A stretch of DNA of 64,000 nucleotides from an uncultured Prevotellaceae bacterium. GTDB taxonomy: Bacteria > Bacteroidota > Bacteroidia > Bacteroidales > Bacteroidaceae. Shown in pieces: positions 60,159 through 64,000 of the stretch. The first letter of the stretch is position 1. Each line of letters opens with the position of its first letter. A program made the translations under genes and the position numbers. The stretch lies in NCBI GenBank assembly GCA_902764705.1, contig CACWWZ010000001.1:48859-112858 (forward strand), in the 5' to 3' direction. The notes under the pieces are model-generated. The model was not told the DNA's origin. It worked only from the letters and a program-made list of their open reading frames with translations, and did no database searches.

Positions 60159-63074
60159 ATGAAACGAATCGTGTTTGTTTTATCGGCCTTGATGCTATCG
60201 CTGGGCGCGATGGCTCAGCAGTATCGTCCTGAGGGACGGGCCTTTGTCTGTGTGAATGGTCAGCACCGTTTTACGCGTGCATTATACGGCAGTCCAACGG
60301 AGTGGCGCGTGGAGACCAGCGACCGCCCCGTGTTTGCCTTGTATAAGAAAAAGGATTACCGCAATGTACAGTTTCGCTTGAATGGTGTGCCACTCGACAA
60401 GACTGACTTCTGCGAGTCTCGTTATGAGGACGGTATGCGAAGTTATTTGTTGCGCCACAAGACTTGGGGACAGAAGGCAACGTTACGTGTCAAGGTGGTG
60501 GCATCTTTGCAGGCTGAGCAGGCTATGTGGCGTTTCCAGACAGCCGGATTCAGCGACGATGTCACATTAGATGTGGTGGTGAGCCATATTCGTAATCCCA
60601 AACTGTCGCGTAATGGTGATTTAGGTGCCGATCCGCGTGATGCTTTCGAAGCTGATGGTAAGACACCTGTCCAGCAGTGGTCGCAGACGTTCGATGAGGA
60701 GTGTTATGTAAGTTGTGATAGTATCACAACAAACAAAACGGACGACAGAGAGGCATCCGAGCGTTTTGAAGAACTCGAGACTGCCATGCACGAACTGGCT
60801 GCCCGTGTGGAATTCAACACTCCTGATCCCTATGTCAATACCCTTGGAGGTGCACTAGTGGTAGCTGCCGATGGCGACTGGGACGGCAAAACGTGGCTGC
60901 ATGGCTGTATCGGCTGGCGTATGCCGCTGGCAGGCTGGCGTGCTGGCTACCTGGGCGATATGCTAGGTTGGCCCAAGCGTGCTGTCAGTCATTTCAACGC
61001 CTATGCCAAAAGTCAGGTCAACAACGTAGCTCCTCAATACGCTCATCCTACGCAGGATGAGAAACAGCAATTGGCGCGTGCCAGGAAAGAGTGGGGGACA
61101 CAGATGTATTCGAACGGCTACATTTGTCGGAATCCGGAGCGTAACGACCAGATGCACCACTACGACATGAACTTGAACTACATTGACGAGTTGCTGTGGC
61201 ACTTCCAGTATGATGCCGACAAGGCGTACTTGAAGAAGATGTGGCCCGTGCTGACGAGTCATCTGGCTTGGGAGAAACGCAATTTCGACCCAGACGGCGA
61301 CCACCTCTACGATGCCTATTGCTGCATTTGGGCCAGCGATGCCCTCTATTATAGCGGTGGTGCTGTGACTCACTCGTCGGCCTATAACTACCGCGCTAAC
61401 AGGCTGGCGGCACGTATTGCACGTATCATTGGCGAGGACGGCAAATCCTACCAGAAGGAGGCGGATGCCATTTTGGAGGCGATGAACGACCGTCTGTGGC
61501 TGAAGGACGCCGGCCATTGGGCAGAATATCAGGACTTGATGGGCCTGAAGCGTGTCCACGAGAGTGCTGCTGTGTGGAGCATCTATACCCCTATCGACTG
61601 CGGTGCCTGCACGCCGGAACAGGCCTATCAGGCTACGAAGTATATTGACCGCGAGATTCCACATATTCCTGTAGGCAACGGCCAACAGCTAGCAGCCAAA
61701 AGCCAACAGCTATACACCATTTCCACCAGCAACTGGCAACCCTATTCCTGGAGCATTAATAATGTGGCTGCTGCTGAGGTGATGCATACGGCGCTGGCTT
61801 ATTTCGAAGCAGGACGCTCGGAGGAGGGCTACCAGCTGATGATGGCCAATGTGATGGACCAGATGTACGACGGGCAGAGTCCTGCCAATTTCGGACAGAT
61901 CAGCAAGTATGATGCTGCCCGTGGTGAGTGCTATCGCGACTTTGGCGACTGCATCGGTATCTCGGCACGCACGCTTATTCAGGGGCTTTTCGGCATTCTG
62001 CCTGACGCTCTCGAGGGGCGTTGTGTCATCCGTCCCGGCTTCCCTGAGGCGTGGGATTCGGCATCCGTCCGCACACCTTATATATATTATAAGTACCAGC
62101 GTCAGGGCGACGAGGCGGTTTACGAGGTGACTCAACACTTTGCCCAGCCCCAGAAGATTGTCATCCGTCAGAACCTTGGCATGGGAAAATATCGCGATGT
62201 TGTGGGCAACAGCGATCAGCATCAGGTCATTCGTGTCAAAGTGCCCGTCAAGTATCCTGAGATAACCTATAAAGGCTATGAGCTGGCTGAGTCGCAACAG
62301 TACGGCACTGATGAGCCGACTTTCATCGAGAAGTTCCACAAACAGAACATTGACCGCGTATTGAACGACAGTGTGACGAACATCTTCCGTCATGAATACC
62401 GTTCGCCGCGTCCGCCATACACCACGTTGCAGATTCCCCTTCAGGGCGTGGGCGACTGGTGCCATCCAGACTATCTGCCTCAGATCAACGACTCCGTGTT
62501 CCGCTCACTCATCGTCAAGGACGAGTTCGTCGTGATGGGCGTGCCTTTCCGTACGCTCGCTGTGGGCAAGAATTGTGCTTTCACCTCACTATGGGACAAC
62601 TACCCTGACAGTATCAGCATTCCTATGAGCGGGCGCTACCGTCAGGCGTGGCTCCTGCTGGCTGGCACGACCAACCACATGCAGTGCCACATTGCCAACG
62701 GCATTGTCGTGGCGCAGTATCAGGACGGCACGTCCGATACCCTGCAACTGGTGAACCCGGACAACTGGTGCCCCATTGAGCGCGACTACTATATCGACGA
62801 TTTTGCGTTTCGTACTTCCCAGCCGCGTCCCTATCGCATTGCCTTCGCTTCAGGCAAGGTCAGTCGCGACTTGGGCAAGGCCTTGAAGCTGCCTTTTGCT
62901 AATGCCCGAGGCGGTGAGATAGGTCCCAAGGGTGCCGACGGGGGAGAAATTCCTGGTGGTGCAGCCACGATGTTGTGCATGCCGTTGAACCGTCAGAAGA
63001 AACTCCAGTCGCTCACATTGCGCACGCTTTCCAACGATGTGGTGATAGGTCTGATGGCTGTGACGCTGCAATAG
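60159..63074 (+). CDS. DUF4450-like secreted protein, putative (alpha/alpha)6 glycoside hydrolase
   Basis: Signal peptide from ATG 60159; RFTRALYG N-domain; HG.IGWR..L.GWR and WEKRNFDPDGD helical-barrel segment. Confidence 0.7.
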   Translation: MKRIVFVLSALMLSLGAMAQQYRPEGRAFVCVNGQHRFTRALYGSPTEWRVETSDRPVFALYKKKDYRNVQFRLNGVPLDKTDFCESRYEDGMRSYLLRHKTWGQKATLRVKVVASLQAEQAMWRFQTAGFSDDVTLDVVVSHIRNPKLSRNGDLGADPRDAFEADGKTPVQQWSQTFDEECYVSCDSITTNKTDDREASERFEELETAMHELAARVEFNTPDPYVNTLGGALVVAADGDWDGKTWLHGCIGWRMPLAGWRAGYLGDMLGWPKRAVSHFNAYAKSQVNNVAPQYAHPTQDEKQQLARARKEWGTQMYSNGYICRNPERNDQMHHYDMNLNYIDELLWHFQYDADKAYLKKMWPVLTSHLAWEKRNFDPDGDHLYDAYCCIWASDALYYSGGAVTHSSAYNYRANRLAARIARIIGEDGKSYQKEADAILEAMNDRLWLKDAGHWAEYQDLMGLKRVHESAAVWSIYTPIDCGACTPEQAYQATKYIDREIPHIPVGNGQQLAAKSQQLYTISTSNWQPYSWSINNVAAAEVMHTALAYFEAGRSEEGYQLMMANVMDQMYDGQSPANFGQISKYDAARGECYRDFGDCIGISARTLIQGLFGILPDALEGRCVIRPGFPEAWDSASVRTPYIYYKYQRQGDEAVYEVTQHFAQPQKIVIRQNLGMGKYRDVVGNSDQHQVIRVKVPVKYPEITYKGYELAESQQYGTDEPTFIEKFHKQNIDRVLNDSVTNIFRHEYRSPRPPYTTLQIPLQGVGDWCHPDYLPQINDSVFRSLIVKDEFVVMGVPFRTLAVGKNCAFTSLWDNYPDSISIPMSGRYRQAWLLLAGTTNHMQCHIANGIVVAQYQDGTSDTLQLVNPDNWCPIERDYYIDDFAFRTSQPRPYRIAFASGKVSRDLGKALKLPFANARGGEIGPKGADGGEIPGGAATMLCMPLNRQKKLQSLTLRTLSNDVVIGLMAVTLQ

Positions 63075-63202
63075 GGGGGATTTGAACGTTAAAAAAACCT
63101 ATGCGGTAGAAGATTTTCCATTTATATCGACTCATTTTTCACTTTCTTTTCGTATCTTTGCACCCATATCTGACTAAACATTACTTTATAAATAGTTTTA
63201 AA

Positions 63203-64000
63203 ATGAACAACGTACCTAAAATTAAGATTGGAATCGTCGCCGTTTCTCGCGACTGCTTCCCCGAGTCATTGGCTGTAAACCGCCGCAAGGCTGTTATCGC
63301 CGAGTATGAAAAGAAGTTCGACAAGGCTGACATCTACGAGTGCCCCATCTGTATCGTTGAGAGTGAGATCCACGCTCAGCAGGCTCTTGCTGATGTGCAG
63401 AAGGCCGGCTGTAACGCCCTCGTTGTATATCTTGGCAACTTCGGTCCTGAGATTTCTGAGACCATGATTGCTGACTGGTTCCAGGGTCCCACCATGTTCT
63501 GCGCTGCTGCTGAGGAGACTCAGAACAACCTGATTGATGGTCGTGGTGACGCTTACTGTGGTATGCTGAACGCCAGCCAGGCTCTCTCTCTGCGTAAGAC
63601 CCGCGCTTACATTCCTGAGGAGCCCGTTGGCGACGCTGCTCAGTGCGCTGAGATGATCCATGAGTTCCTGCCCATCGCCCGTGCTATTGTTGGTCTGCAG
63701 AACCTGAAGATCATTAGCTTCGGTCCTCGTCCTAACAACTTCCTGGCTTGTAACGCTCCTATCCGCGCTCTCTATGATCTCGATGTTGAGATTGAGGAGA
63801 ACTCAGAGCTCGACCTGTTCGAGGCTTTCCAGAAGCACGCTGGCGATCCCCGTATCGACGCCGTTGTGAAGGAAATGGCTGCTGAACTCGGTCACGGTAA
63901 CAAGATTCCTCAGGTGCTGCCTAAGCTCGCTCAGTATGAGCTGACGCTGACCGACTGGATTGAGGCTCACAAGGGCTCTCGTCAGTTCGTCGCTATGGCC
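63203..64000 (+). CDS. L-fucose/L-arabinose isomerase family protein (partial, runs off the right edge)
   Basis: MNNVPKIKIGIVAVSRDCFPESLA...VYLGNFGPE...GRGDAYCGMLNAS; TATCTTTG promoter at 63153; absent from the ORF track. Confidence 0.85.
   Translation, partial: MNNVPKIKIGIVAVSRDCFPESLAVNRRKAVIAEYEKKFDKADIYECPICIVESEIHAQQALADVQKAGCNALVVYLGNFGPEISETMIADWFQGPTMFCAAAEETQNNLIDGRGDAYCGMLNASQALSLRKTRAYIPEEPVGDAAQCAEMIHEFLPIARAIVGLQNLKIISFGPRPNNFLACNAPIRALYDLDVEIEENSELDLFEAFQKHAGDPRIDAVVKEMAAELGHGNKIPQVLPKLAQYELTLTDWIEAHKGSRQFVAMA

Noticed and set aside
63266-63661. 131-aa minus-strand ORF
   Set aside because: Shadow of the plus-strand isomerase starting at 63203

Overview
Bacteroidota chromosomal DNA, most likely a Prevotella-type genome (inferred from TAnnTTTG promoters, SusC/SusD and gene content). 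Mostly core or metabolic genes: the 5' part of a polysaccharide utilisation locus (susC-susD-lipoprotein), cydAB, a TolC/HlyD/2x ABC-permease exporter with no ATPase, mltG, a CE1-type esterase, a tatA-tatC-polyferredoxin-aldo/keto reductase operon, type II pantothenate kinase, a TonB receptor/DUF4249/MG2-plug cluster beside tRNA-Phe, thiL, PNP, lpxK, sppA, tsaA, pgi, gpsA, lysS, two ROK genes, a P1B ATPase, glmM, groES/groEL, a DUF4450-like glycosidase and a partial sugar isomerase. No integrase, transposase or CRISPR array was seen. Best leads: (1) an apparently self-contained Tat-exported redox module; (2) the TonB receptor/lipoprotein/free-plug cluster; (3) many 7-10 bp periodic micro-repeat tracts at gene junctions, some in frame inside proteins; (4) two orphan promoter-terminator units (candidate sRNAs), one carrying a mimic of the 16S anti-Shine-Dalgarno tail; (5) a sigma54-like site with a palindrome upstream of groES. 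Family assignments come from motif recognition by eye, not database searches.
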